Origin: Tetramitus jugosus | Taxonomy: Eukaryota; Protista; Heterolobosea | Direction: 5' to 3' | DNA length: 64,000 bases | Assembly: GCA_937625935.1 (NCBI GenBank) | Contig: OW569355.1 | Span: forward strand, 1-64,000 | Part shown: positions 43,306 to 55,286 of the stretch, piece after piece | How positions within the stretch are numbered: position 1 is the first letter of the stretch | Layout: each line of letters starts with the position of its first letter | The notes under the pieces: generated by a model | What the model was told of the DNA's origin: nothing | Seen by the model: only the letters and a program-made list of their open reading frames with translations | Database searches by the model: none | Program-made: the position numbers and the translations under genes

Positions 43306-45691
43306 GGTTGTGTTTTTCGTTGTCAATTTTCCGAATTTCGTGAAATCACTTTCTCAGACGATTTTTGGCTGTTAAAAAAAAGAACTGGAAACAGATTAAC
43401 TGCAGCAGAAATCAACGAGAAAGTGCCCCGATTTAAGTTTGTTATTGGATCTCTGATGCAATCTGTTTCCAGTTCTTTTTTTCACCGGCCGGACGGCTTG
43501 AGAAAAAACCCCAATAACATCCCTCCTGAGAAGATATCAAAAAAACTTCAACTGAGCTATGTTCAAAGGAGAGGAGGATATCTATTAACCAGGATAACAA
43601 CATGAAAGATCATACGTCCTCAACAAATTCTCAATGCGGAAAAAGAGAATTTTTTGTTCAATTCTTAGACATCCTCCATTCTATGTCAATCAAAAAATTT
43701 TAGAATTGACTTCAAAGAAAAAACGGAACAAGGGGCTAAAAATTTCAAAGGTTTAAAGGGCTAACCCTGCCCAAAATTCTCGTTCGAGATGCATAGAAGA
43801 ATAACCTTCAACAAGTAACACTACCAGAAGACTAAGGACATCTCATGCAACTCAGAGGTACACAGACTGATTCTATAGTGGCGTTAAAGATATCAAAGAA
43901 GAGAAAAATGACTCAGCTAAAGCATATGAAATATCGCCAGACCTGATAACTTTGATAATTTGTAATTTCTCCTCTTTTTATACTATCCATTTTACTTCTC
44001 AACATTTATTTTCGCATAGTTTTTGTTGTAAATTCAAAACGTACGTGAATCAGTACTTTAATATTTCAACGAACTCCCACCAGCGAAAATAATTCTAAAG
44101 AAAAAAGCTCATTTTTACTGTTAACTATGCAAAAATATTTTAATACTGCTTTATCGCATATCTACTGGTAAATCAAAACCGAACCAGTCCAAAATAATCA
44201 ACTCGGCAAATTGATCGGTTTTTTTCGATCAACGGCTGATGTGCGATCGACCATATGAGTGCGATGAACAAACCATGTGTTGTAATCTACATTCAGACTA
44301 TGGGGCTCAGTTTTTTTGTGTGAAGGAAAACAATTAAGGAATTCCGTTAGTCGATAATTCGAGGTTTTAAAAAATTGATGACTATAGTGGTATGTATTAC
44401 TCGGTATGTTGCTGCAAAGACAACACGTTGGGTCATGAAGGTATTGGTAGTGATCTTCATTGGAAAAAATTTGACCTTGCATTCAAATTCTGATCTTGGA
44501 AATCCAAAAAAACTGATTTTTTAGACATAATCGGAATTAACAGCTGTTGTTGATAAGGAAGACGATTGGATATCAATAAGTAGATATTGAAACGAAGATT
44601 TCTGTGTTAGATGCCGCGACTCTTGTTCTGCTTCTTATCACCTAGGATAGACTCGAAAAGTGAAAGGAAGGGGAAGTGGATGTGGTGTGAGGTATTGAGA
44701 TGGTTGGGTGGGTGACAGTGGATTGTTTCTGTGGAAAAAATTTTTATTCTAACTAATATGCATATTTTTCATGGGATCCGTTATAAAAAAAATCGACTGT
44801 CTCCATGCAGATGGCGATCGGCTGTTCTTCCTCTTTTTTGGCATGATATAACTGTACTTCATGCCTTCGTGCATGCATATCATTCATAGATTTTTTAAAT
44901 CGAAACTTTTGGGAAGTTCAATTTCGATGTGGTGCGTCTTGCATTCGTCTCTTCTTTTGATAAAACGCAGCCCCTCAACCTTTGTTAGTCACCCAATGGC
45001 CATCTTCGCAATATCCGTGGAGGGAAACGGGATCAAATTCAGATCAATCACGACAAAAAAACTTTTTTTTGAAGATTTTGACATACTGTTTAATGGGAGT
45101 TTGTGCGCCATTCATAATAGAAGAAATTGTCACTCCATCACCTGATACAGCAAGTGGGCTGGTATTTCTTTCTTGGACTGCAATTGCAGTGATTCCATGT
45201 TCATCTTACTTGGTGTTCCTCCCAGTGTCACGCCTGAGTCTTGATCTTCTTCAGTAGTGACATCATCAGTGTCTGAGCACAACCTGGTTCTCTTTGTCCT
45301 TTCTTCACGAGCCTTGTCTTGAATGGCTCTACTCTGAGAGATTACTTCAAAGAATCGATCCCTCGTTCCTTTGTCAGAGCTTCTTGATCCTCTTTTCTTC
45401 AAGAATTTCATCATCCTCGTTGTCACTCTTTGTTTTCTGAGTGCCCTTCTTACAATAGCGATAAACAGCACTTCCAATTTGCTCAGCAGATATTTTCCAA
45501 TGTGGATTGGCCTTGGACATGAGATCACAGATTCGCGCGTCAGTTTCAGACGGTTGATTCTTCTTGTGAATACCCCAAGAGATCTTTAATTCTTCAATAA
45601 GGTCGTCATACTACTTATCAGTTTCTGAAACACTAGGAGAAGTTGTTGAATAGGTATTATCTTCGACCCAAAGTCGTACAATTATTTTTCC

Positions 45692-45870
45692 TCAATTTCT
45701 AAAAATTGATTTTTAGAAGATACTGGTAAGTATTTACTGGAGTCGAAACAAATTATGGTGTCCTGTCTGTAGACAAATCAACATTTGTAACAGATCAATT
45801 TTGGATTAGCATAGCACGAGGGATAATCTCAAATCAATTCAAGAACTCCTAAATGATGATCCAACACTCC
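45692..45870. repeat. Degenerate dispersed repeat (copy of 3345-3524)
   Basis: Colinear match. Confidence 0.8.
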
Positions 45871-46034
45871 ATAGGTGTTCTCCTAGCATCCGAACTCAAC
45901 ATCTTACCAAATTGAACAGGTCACACTGTTTCATGTTAATAAACATTGTTCGTAATCTGCACCAAAGAATGTGTTCAACATATTATGAGTATGAATGAAC
46001 AAGCATGTTGTTATGGCGCTGGCTGGAGTGCAGC

Positions 46035-46485
46035 TTTTTTTTTTCCATACAACAGTTGTTGCCACTTTATTCTATACCCTACCGTGAGTCATGATTCCGC
46101 TCGGCACCGTTAGGTGACGAGCAGTGTTTCACTCATCTGCGCGACAGAGTTGATATATATCTTGTATAGTGCCTTGATGCACGACCTTTTGATTGAATCA
46201 ATGATTCTCCTTATCTTTTTCTCTGCTTCAACTCTCTTCTTACCAGAGAGCTTCATTTCGTCCAGGAGTTCATCCTTGAAGTCTCCTTCCTTTCCCATCA
46301 GTCCCTCCAGTGTTCCTTCCGGTGTTCGATTTACATTTCGTGGTTGTATCTTTCCACTCTCGTACAAAACATCCTCGAACCATATAGGGGCCTTGACAGA
46401 GTCCGGCAGACTCAACTTGTCCAGCTTCACCTTCAGCTCTTCAACCAACTTTCTTCTTGCAATTCTTGCGAGTTCGCACTCCACG
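46035..46485 (-). mobile_element. Family C non-LTR element, 5'-truncated copy (oldest in the tRNA-Phe stack)
   Basis: Poly(A); near-identical to ~53937-54387; TSD ggctggagtgcagc at 46021-46034, right copy 46486-46497 cut by the next insertion. Confidence 0.92.
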
Positions 46486-46497
46486 GGCTGGAGTGCA

Positions 46498-47283
46498 TTT
46501 TTTTTTTTTCCATACAACATGAGTTGCCTCTTTATTCATTTCACCTTGTTACTGGGAGTGATGCTGCTCTGCACCGGCACGGTGCAGAGTGCTAGGTCAC
46601 TCCCTTGCCCTGTCAAGTCCATGGGGACTGGTAGTTGTTGTGTTGCTCTGCGCCGGCACGGTGCAGAGCATCGTTTCCCTCCACCTCTCCTTAGACCTAA
46701 TGAACAGTTTGTGCAGCTCCTTAACATGCTCTCTCTTGGTGCAGTCGATTACACTCGCAGCCCTTTTTTCTGCGATCTTCTTTTTGCATCCCGTCTTGAT
46801 GAGAGCATTGAGAATGTCCTCCCTTGTCTCTCCTTCCTTCCCCATCAGACCAGCCAAAATATCATGTGAAGACATGGCAGCATTTCTTTTGATCAAGCTA
46901 CCATTACAGTACAAGTAACTGTCGAACCAGACTTCCACCTTTGTGTCTTTTGGCAGCCTTAATTTGTTGAGTCTATCGCTCAATGACATACATATTCTCT
47001 TTCTGACCTCTTGTGCGGATGAACACTCAACTAGGAGATGAATGATTGTATCATCCTCTTCTCCACAACAAGTACACGTCGTGCCACGAAAACCACCATA
47101 TAAACTCTGCATCACTGAAAGAGTATGCAAGGTGCTGATGGTAAAACCAAAGTTCTCTTCTGTCGAGGCCAAAGGGACACTTCAGAAATGTATTCCACCC
47201 ACTCCACTTTGTGAGTTCTGCATCAAGCCACCACGTACTGTTTCTCAAGACCTCCTTCTCTCTTTTATGTCGATGCAAGTTAG
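46498..47283 (-). mobile_element. Family D non-LTR element, 5'-truncated (ORF2 C-terminus with CCHC knuckle)
   Basis: Poly(A); CTCCGEEDDTIIHLLVEC; WWLD..FLKCPFGLDRRELWFYHQ homologous to family C; left TSD acgggctggagtgca 46483-46497. Confidence 0.88.
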
Positions 47284-47424
47284 ACTTTTTTTTTTTTTTT
47301 TTAATACAACCAATGGTTGCGCTGTTTATTCGTTGTTGATTCTCTTTACATGACGTAACTGTTTCGTTTATGACGGCAGAATGCCGTCACTGTTGCATTG
47401 TTTGTTGCTGGTGCTCGCAGAGCA

Positions 47425-50400
47425 TCAGCAACCAGCCATCTCCTTGGAGCTTGTGAAGAGGCGAAGCATCACGTCAATACATCTCCTCTTAGTATTATCC
47501 ACGAACTGTTTCGCTTTCTTCTTGGCGATATCCTTCTTAATTCCATTTTTTTTGAGCCCTTTGGCAACTTGTTTCGCTGCTTGCGATTCCACACCTAACA
47601 TACCTAACATATATTGTTTCCCAGTCTTCCTTTGCTCGTTAGTTGTGCGCCTACCGTTGCACCACTGTTGGTTATCAAACCATATGTCCACACATTGTGA
47701 CTTATGCAGTCCCATTGAGCTCAGCTTCGCAGCAACCTCCTTTGCGAGCAAAATTCTGGCCATCCTTCGGGCATGACGTATCCATATCCTCCACATTATA
47801 GAGGTTCTTCACCACAGCCTTTGTGTGAAGTGTGTGACTTTTAACTTAGGCCACGAACCATTCCAGCTGTCTGCTCACCCTAAAAGGACACCTCATGAAT
47901 GAAAAGTCGGTAACACCTCCCAAACACTCTTTTTGAATCCACCAAATCTTCTCCGTCCCTATTAAATCTCTGTACTGTCTAGTAAATATATTCCAGATCT
48001 GTTTTTTTCCGTAACTTCAAAGTTATCCCTGCACATAAGTATCGGCGGAGCTGCGCCCCTGTGCTCGTGCGTTTCATTGCACTGCAATATTTCTAGATCC
48101 AAGAGAATGTTCTTGTATCGCAGTGCGCTGATTCCGAAGTTGCCATGAACTTTGACTAGCTCACTGTGCTTAATCCACATACCTTCTCTAGTCAGCTCTT
48201 TCCTCAGGCTGATACCCATCTTGAAGAACTTCTTGGCCACATCATTTGGTTGAAACAAAGAGAGGTTGCAACTCAAACAATTGACTTCATCACCAAATGC
48301 AATTGTCAAGTAGTTGTTGTGCATCCGCTCCGCACACCATTTGAGGTAAGTATGCTTGACCACCTCCAACCTATTGATGGACTGAAAGACATTCTCCCTT
48401 TGGAATGTTTGTTGAAGCTTGATCTCCTCAAGCGAGTCCAACATAAGTTTGTGAGCTTCGGTGTCACTCTTTCCTCTCATCATATCCTTGATGAACCAGG
48501 CGGTTCTCACAAGAATTGACTGCTCGATTTTGCGCAGACCAAATCCACCATTTTCACTTGTGATCTGCAACAAATCAGACGGGTACCGCTTCATTGCAAC
48601 AGAACCTTGTTTGATGAGCGCTTTTCCCATCTGGTTAACCTTCATGATCCATCCTTTTGTCCAATGCGTAAATTCACACGCGTAGAGGAACACTGGATGG
48701 ATGCATGTGTTGACGATTCTTGCCACTTGCCTCGGAGTGAGTTTCATGATTCTCAAACGATTGATCACCCTTTTAACCTTTTCTTGCGCCTGCTCCTTTT
48801 GTTTGGTTGTACAGCCATTCAAGTTAGTGAAGAGTCCCAGCGCTCTGAATGTCTTTTCACTGCCATTTGCTCGCACAACAACATTGTTGACCACTATGCT
48901 GTGCTCAGACCTATTCCTACCCATCTTCCGGACATAGAGTTCCAGTTTGTTTGGGTGCATGACCATTGTTTACAGTCCTCTCAATGTCCTCCCTGTTGTT
49001 TGACATTAGGTTGCAGTCATCCACGTACGCAACATTCCAAATGTCCTGCGACATTGCTTCGTATCCCTTAGCAAAACGTGCAGTGTACATTAACACCGTT
49101 TGGTGAACAAGCACATATGTCGTAGGAGACAATGAGTCACCTTGTCTCGTGCCTTTCCCAATTGGGAAGCGCCTTGACAGCTTTCCTGTCATGACTCTGG
49201 CCCAGTTGTCGGTTACCATGTCGTGCACCAAGTTGACAACATGTTATGGGAAACCAAAGAAGGAGTACACCTCCTTAATGGCGTTATGGGGCACCGAATC
49301 GAAGGCCTTTGCGATATCAGTCAGTAGGATGTACAATTGATCATCATTCCTGTTAGCATGATCAATGACCCCTCTCATGATTGACAGCTTTTCTCTGATG
49401 TCCCTCAATTTACGGCCGACTCCCTGTGTGTTTGTGAACAGCGATGCTGCCTCTGCAGCTTTCGACACACGAGCGTTGAGCAGCCGTGTGAAGAGTTTTG
49501 ACAAAGCACTCAACAGACAGATAGGCCTGTAATTCGCTATGTCTTGTGCACTGCCTTTCTTGTAGGCAGGAACAATAGTGCACTCTTTCCACATCACAGG
49601 AAATGATCCACGTTTCAGAACGTTGTTGAAGACTCCTGCCAAAATATCGGCAAACTCCCAGTTGTAGTCCCTGTTTTCCCCCTTCGGCAGTTTCAACATC
49701 TCGTTGTGGATACCATCTGGCCCAGGACACTTTCTGTTCCTTAGCCATTTGATAGCATCACGGACCTCTTCCGTAGTGATGTCAGTGAACTCCTTGCTTA
49801 TCGCACCCTGTGCACAGGGAGCGCTAATATGTTTGAGGTAAGACATGTCCGCGGTCTGCTTCGAAAATGCATCCTCGAAGTAGCAAGCGGACGCTTCCCC
49901 TACTCTCTCCCTATCACTGTGGACCATACCACCGACCTGAACTGTGCTGAGCCTGACTCGATTGGCTTTCTTTGCCGATGATGATCAATTGTACATCCTA
50001 CTGACTGATATCGCAAAGGCCTTCGATTCGGTGCCCCATAACGCCATTAAGGAGGTGTACTCCTTCTTTGGTTTCCCATAACATGTTGTCAACTTGGTGC
50101 ACGACATGGTAACCGACAACTGGGCCAGAGTCATGACAGGAAAGCTGTCAAGGCGCTTCCCAATTGGGAAAGGCACGAGACAAGGTGACTCATTGTCTCC
50201 TACCGGAGAAGAACCTTGTTGGGTTGACGAACTCCGAGGTTCTGGTGACCCATTCCCATTGCCTGAACCTTTTGTTGCTGCTCCTTGTTCTTTCATCGTG
50301 CAACTTCTGACTGACAATACCCAACGCTTCCCAGACTGACTCTCTTGTGAGTTGTGGTAGACCTACATAGTGGCTGACTGTCCTATGGGTCCTTTCCTCA

Positions 50401-51383
50401 GTTTCGCCACACACCAGGAACCTCAATAACAACTCTCGAGATTTTAGCAGCCTTCTTACACGTCTATTGTTGCCCCATGACTTTTTCACTCCTTCCCTTC
50501 CAAAGATCTCAGTAGCCTTTGTGGTTAGGACCTTAGTTATAGTAACACATTGTTCACCCGTGTCGTCCATCCTTTCTACTCGGTGACTTGTCAAATCATC
50601 AAGCACTTGTGTTGCATAGGTTAACCACCGTTTGTCGTTCTTATTCTTCGGGAATAGGAAGTTTGGTCTTTCTACCTCCTCTTCTTCCTGATGTTCAATT
50701 TCCACTGATACTCGAGTTGGTATGTGGTCACTTATTGCGCCATTACTAACTAAAGGCTCGACGTTGCTTATCAAGGTCAGCGCAGCTCTGTTCGCCCATG
50801 TAGAATCAATGCGGGAGGACATTGTTCTATTATAGTAGGTGTGAAACCTATGTACGCCCAGGGCTTGGTTGATATCCTGCATGTTGCAGCTGCTGACCAT
50901 GCTCTTCAGTGAGTTAGTGTTTGGGTCCTTCCTCTTCGATGTCCTATCTTCCTCTGCCACTACCGCATTATGGTCACCACCAAATAAAACTTTGCCAGCA
51001 ACGGATACTCTGCTAAGGATCAGGCTGATCCTCTCATAATGCTCTTTGTTTGTTTTGTGTGGACCGTAGTGATTCCCTATTGTGAGTGTTACGTTGCCAC
51101 ATATCACTGTGACTACTTGTAAGCGGTCATCGCTGTGAACAATCCCATGACTTGATACCTTCCTTGTGTTGATAATTGTTGCAACATACTTGCTGGGGAA
51201 TTCGCAGAGGAGTGTGCAGCCTATAGCTGCTAGTTGTTTCGTCAGCTTTGTCAGCTGATCCTGGTGTAGAATTCTTGTTTCTTGCAGCAAGAGAATGTCA
51301 ACATTCCCTTGCTTCAACATATTAATAATGTCAACGGCCTTACCAGGCAGACCGTTGACATTGTACCAGACAATTCCTAACAT
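47425..51383 (-). pseudogene. Family B ORF2: APE endonuclease plus reverse transcriptase (disrupted)
   Basis: YNVNGL, LLQET, GGDHN, SRID, SDH (APE); KCPGPDG, YRPICLL, DIAKAFDSV, GTRQGDSLSP, AYVDD (RT). Confidence 0.92.
49978..50203 (+). repeat. 226-bp inverted duplication of 49122-49347 inserted in family B ORF2
   Basis: Reverse-complement copy; ORFs 49149-49340(+) and 49985-50317(-) share an identical peptide. Confidence 0.93.
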
Positions 51384-52485
51384 ATTATTGAGTCACCTCT
51401 TGGAGCTCTAGTTAAAGAGGTATCCCTCTGTCGTATCGTTGGTAGGCGAGCAGGGGTATTGATCAATTGTCTTTTCCTCTCATTCATCTCATCCAGTTGA
51501 GAGCTTGCGCATCTTTTACCCCTCTTAACTGGAGTGACCTGATTGCTTGTCAGACATATTTCTGCCAATTCGTGGAAAGCAGATCTGCTCGTTAGTGCGC
51601 TGGTGCTCTTGCTGCGGCTACGCTGGGGAGATAGTGCTGGCTCGTCTTGTGTCACATCATTGCTCTGAGGTTGCAATGTGGACTCCCAGTTGCTGGCTTC
51701 ATCTTCCTGTTGTGGGTGAGTATCCTCACTGCGAATTGCTTCTGCAGTTCGTCTAACAGGTGCTCTCCTGGTCTTTCTCCTGGTCTCTCTTTGATCATCG
51801 CTTGCTGACTCTCTATGTCCTTGAGTCATTTTCTTCATCACTTGCTCCATTAAGGCAACCTTTCTGCTCAGTGATTCAACCATCAGGATTAACTCCTTTC
51901 TAGTACTCTCTATCCTCTTGTTAACAGTGATATGCGGTTCCTCTCTGCGTTCCAGGTATTTGCTTACCTTCATTGTCAGTGTGGCATCTCCAACTACCGC
52001 TTGAGCGTATGTTTGTGACTTCATTGTCACAAACGCTGTATTGTTTGTCAACACCACTTGCTGTACTTTGTCAGCACCGACCAGTGCTGAAACCTCTTCC
52101 TCTGTTTTGCCTTCTACACCGTACATGACAAGCTTTTTGTCATTATCGAGCCCTCTCTTGATAAATGCTTTGGCATTTTTCACACACTTCCTGGCATTGA
52201 AATGAGCCACAAACTCATAAATGTCATCCTTCTTGATGTTGAGCCATGCAATGAACTCATTCTTCTCCCATTTGATTACCTGTACTCTTGTCACCCACGG
52301 TGCGCACTTGCTTGCAACGTGTCTCGCTACCTCCAGTGCAGACCCTGTTGGTCGTTGCCCTTGATGACTACTTCACGGCGGTTGACTGAACCACCTTTTG
52401 GAAGTGTTGTCCACACTGCATGTCTGTTTTTGACATACTCACGCACCTCCATTGGAGTGGATGGAATGTTTCCGTTTGTTTGCAT
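51377..52485 (-). pseudogene. Family B ORF1 (frameshift near 52350)
   Basis: VREYVKNRHAVWTT, RVQVIK, NTAFVTM; overlaps the ORF2 start by 7 nt. Confidence 0.8.
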
Positions 52486-52513
52486 TGGTTTTTTTTTGAT
52501 GAAAGTTAGACGG

Positions 52514-53894
52514 TTTTTTTTTTTTTTTTTAATACAACAAATGGTGCTCATGCACCACGTTGCGGAACTTTTATTTTTCTTTTGTGTGAGAGCAGGCTTG
52601 CCTGCTCTCAATTGCCTAACATGATGTGGTGCTTGCCCAGTGGAGTGGCAGGCCTACGCAACAGGATTCATTCTCTTCTTGGAATGTTGTTTTGATCCCT
52701 TCTTCAGGGATTCGTTGCGAGGGCCTCCACTACCATCTGGAGCACCACTGGTGAGGTCAGATGGCTCCGTAGTCCTAGCCAGTTGGTAGGACCTACGGAG
52801 AGCACCTGATGTGATACTGGCCAACCTGGCCGGGATCTTGTTGGCAGCAGTGTCACCAACGGTGACACGTGCTGATCGCTTCTTGTGTTCGTTGAGTTGG
52901 GGACTCTGTAACTCACAGTCGGGGTTACTTAGATCCAACTCAACTGGATCTTCTTCGGTGGTTGTGCTTCTTGCACGGTCCACCATGATTGCTCGGGCAG
53001 CAATCTCTTTCTTGACTTTCTTGAACACCTCGGAGGTGTTCAATACTAGCTCGAGGATTGCTCTGTTACGAGCATCCTCATCAATGGTGTTGTTGGTTGG
53101 CTCTTGGGTGACCGTAGTTGGAGTGGCGGGATGGGATTCCGGCATGATCGGTCGTAGATGGAGTCGAAGGTTCGAATTCGGAGATTCGCTCCGGCGTCCT
53201 TGGAGACGGGGGCGCGAGGGGAATCCGGTTGACGGAAGCCATATCTTTTAACACACTGACTTGGTGGCGCAGGTCGTCCACCACAGCCAGTAGCTCTTGG
53301 TACATCTTGGTCAGCCTCTTGCTGACAGCCTTGACCGGATCACGTGGGCGTGGAAGGAAGCGCTTTGCTTCCACCTCCACTGGCATGGATTGAACGTTCC
53401 GAAGCAAAGCTTCTGCATACGTTTCGGACTCCATCACAACAAAGGCGGTGTCATGCTTCTTGAGCACGTTCTTGACCTTTGTTGTGCCAAGCATGGCCTT
53501 GATGTCGTCCTCCGTCTTTCCTTTGACACCGTGGAGGACGACCTTCTTGGCACAATCTATGTTGTGTTTGAGTGCTGCCTTGCAGCCACTCATCTTCTTG
53601 TTGCGGTTGAAGGATTCAACAAATGGGTAAATGTTGTCATCAACAACAGTTACCCACGCAACAAACCTCTTGGGGCCCTTCTTGATGACTTGGACCCTGG
53701 TGAGCAAATCACCAAAATCCAAGCCAATCTTCTTGGCCAAGGCAGCCTTGGGAGAGTCATCACACTTTCCAGTGATGATGACCTCCTTGCTGCTTGGTGC
53801 AGTTCCTCTTGGTGCTGTGGTCCACACAGCATAGCGTGGATTCTCATACTCACGAACAACAGGGGTGTGTGTTCGTTTTTTCATCGGCGTTTTT
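52514..53894 (-). mobile_element. Family A non-autonomous ORF1-only retroelement, copy A2
   Basis: Poly(A); 15-bp TSD atgaaagttagacgg at 52499-52513 and 53895-53909; ORF1 (53884-52654) frameshifted by a 14-nt deletion near 53150. Confidence 0.93.
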
Positions 53895-55286
53895 ATGAAA
53901 GTTAGACGGGCTGGAGTGCAGCTTTTTTTTTTTTTTTTTTTTTTTTCCATACAACATTTGTTGCCACTTTATTCTATACCCTACTGTGAGTCATGATTCC
54001 GCTCGGCACCGTTAGGTGACGAGCAGTGTTTCACTCCTCTGCGCGACAGAGTTAATATATATCTTGTATAGTGCCTTGATGCACGACCTTTTGATTGAAT
54101 CAATGATTCTCCTTATCTTTTTCTCTGCTTCAACTCTCTTCTTACCAGAGAGCTTCATTTCGTCCAGGAGTTCATCCTTGAAGTCTCCTTCCTTTCCCAT
54201 CAGTCCCTCCAGTGTTCCTTCAGGTGTTCGATTTACATTTCGTGGTTGTATCTTTCCACTCTCGTACAGAACATCCTCGAACCATATAGGGGCCTTGACA
54301 GAGTCCGGCAGACTCAACTTGTCCAGCTTCACCTTCAACTCTTCAACCAACTTGCTTCTTGCAATTCTTGCGAGTTCGCACTCCACGAGTAGATGCACAA
54401 TGGTTTCTGGAGCTTTGCAACAATGTGCGCAAGTGACATCGAACAGGGGATTGTACAACTGTCGAATGACAGTCCGTGTGTGGAGAGTTCCACTTCTCAC
54501 CTGATGATAGAACCAAAGTTCCTTTCTTTCCAGACCAAATGGGCACTTGAGAAAGTTATTCCTCTCCTTGTCTTGCTGCAATGCAGCTTCCAACCACCAT
54601 CCCGCATGTTTTGAGATAGTATCACTCCTACTCATTGAGAAGTGATCAGTCAGTTCCTTCCTGATGTTATCCCCAACAAGCGCCCTACCACTGACAGACA
54701 CTGAGACCTTTTGCTGCCCGGTTCTCTGAGCAAACCGCTTTTCATCGCACGGTTTACCAAGCAGTTCCAAGTAAGCACGAATCCTCATGTACTTTTTTTG
54801 GCCAATACCTGACATCTTAAACCTTGACTTCGCTACTTTGTAGGGCATTGTCATGATACCATCATCATCAAAAAGCTGATGGTTTTTAACAACCCCACAG
54901 CGCCGGAGTAGCTTTGAATCGCCCGTGGGAAGGCACCAACCAATGCTGCACCTCTCACATTCGTGACAGTCGTCAGTAGAGACGGTGATTCCAGAGCTAT
55001 GGAGTAGTTTGGCGCACCAAACAAGATATGTGTGTTTCACCTCACGGAGGCGGATATTGGATTTAAAGATGCTCGTTCGAATGAGCGTTTGTGATTGCTT
55101 GACATCATCAAGCGTATCCAATAATAGCGTCCGTGCTTCTGTATCTCTCTTTCCTAACAGCATTCCCGCAATGAATGCTGTGACCTTTGAGGTTAGACTC
55201 TCCTTGAAATTGTTCAGGTCTATTCCTCCCTGATCTCTCACTACTGCTAACAACTCGGAAGGGAACCTCTTAAGGGCAGATGATCC

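Larger units (their letters stand above)
47286..52497 (-). mobile_element. Family B full-length but decayed APE-RT non-LTR retrotransposon
   Basis: Poly(A); TSD gatg(c/a)aagttagac at 47272-47285 and 52498-52511; ORF1 plus ORF2 with stops, frameshifts and an internal inverted duplication. Confidence 0.93.

Noticed and set aside
43400-45690. Possible transposase or SET-like relics and short ORFs (e.g. 45130-45528)
   Set aside because: It looks like decayed coding or TE sequence, but I could not support any motif; it needs a translated profile search.
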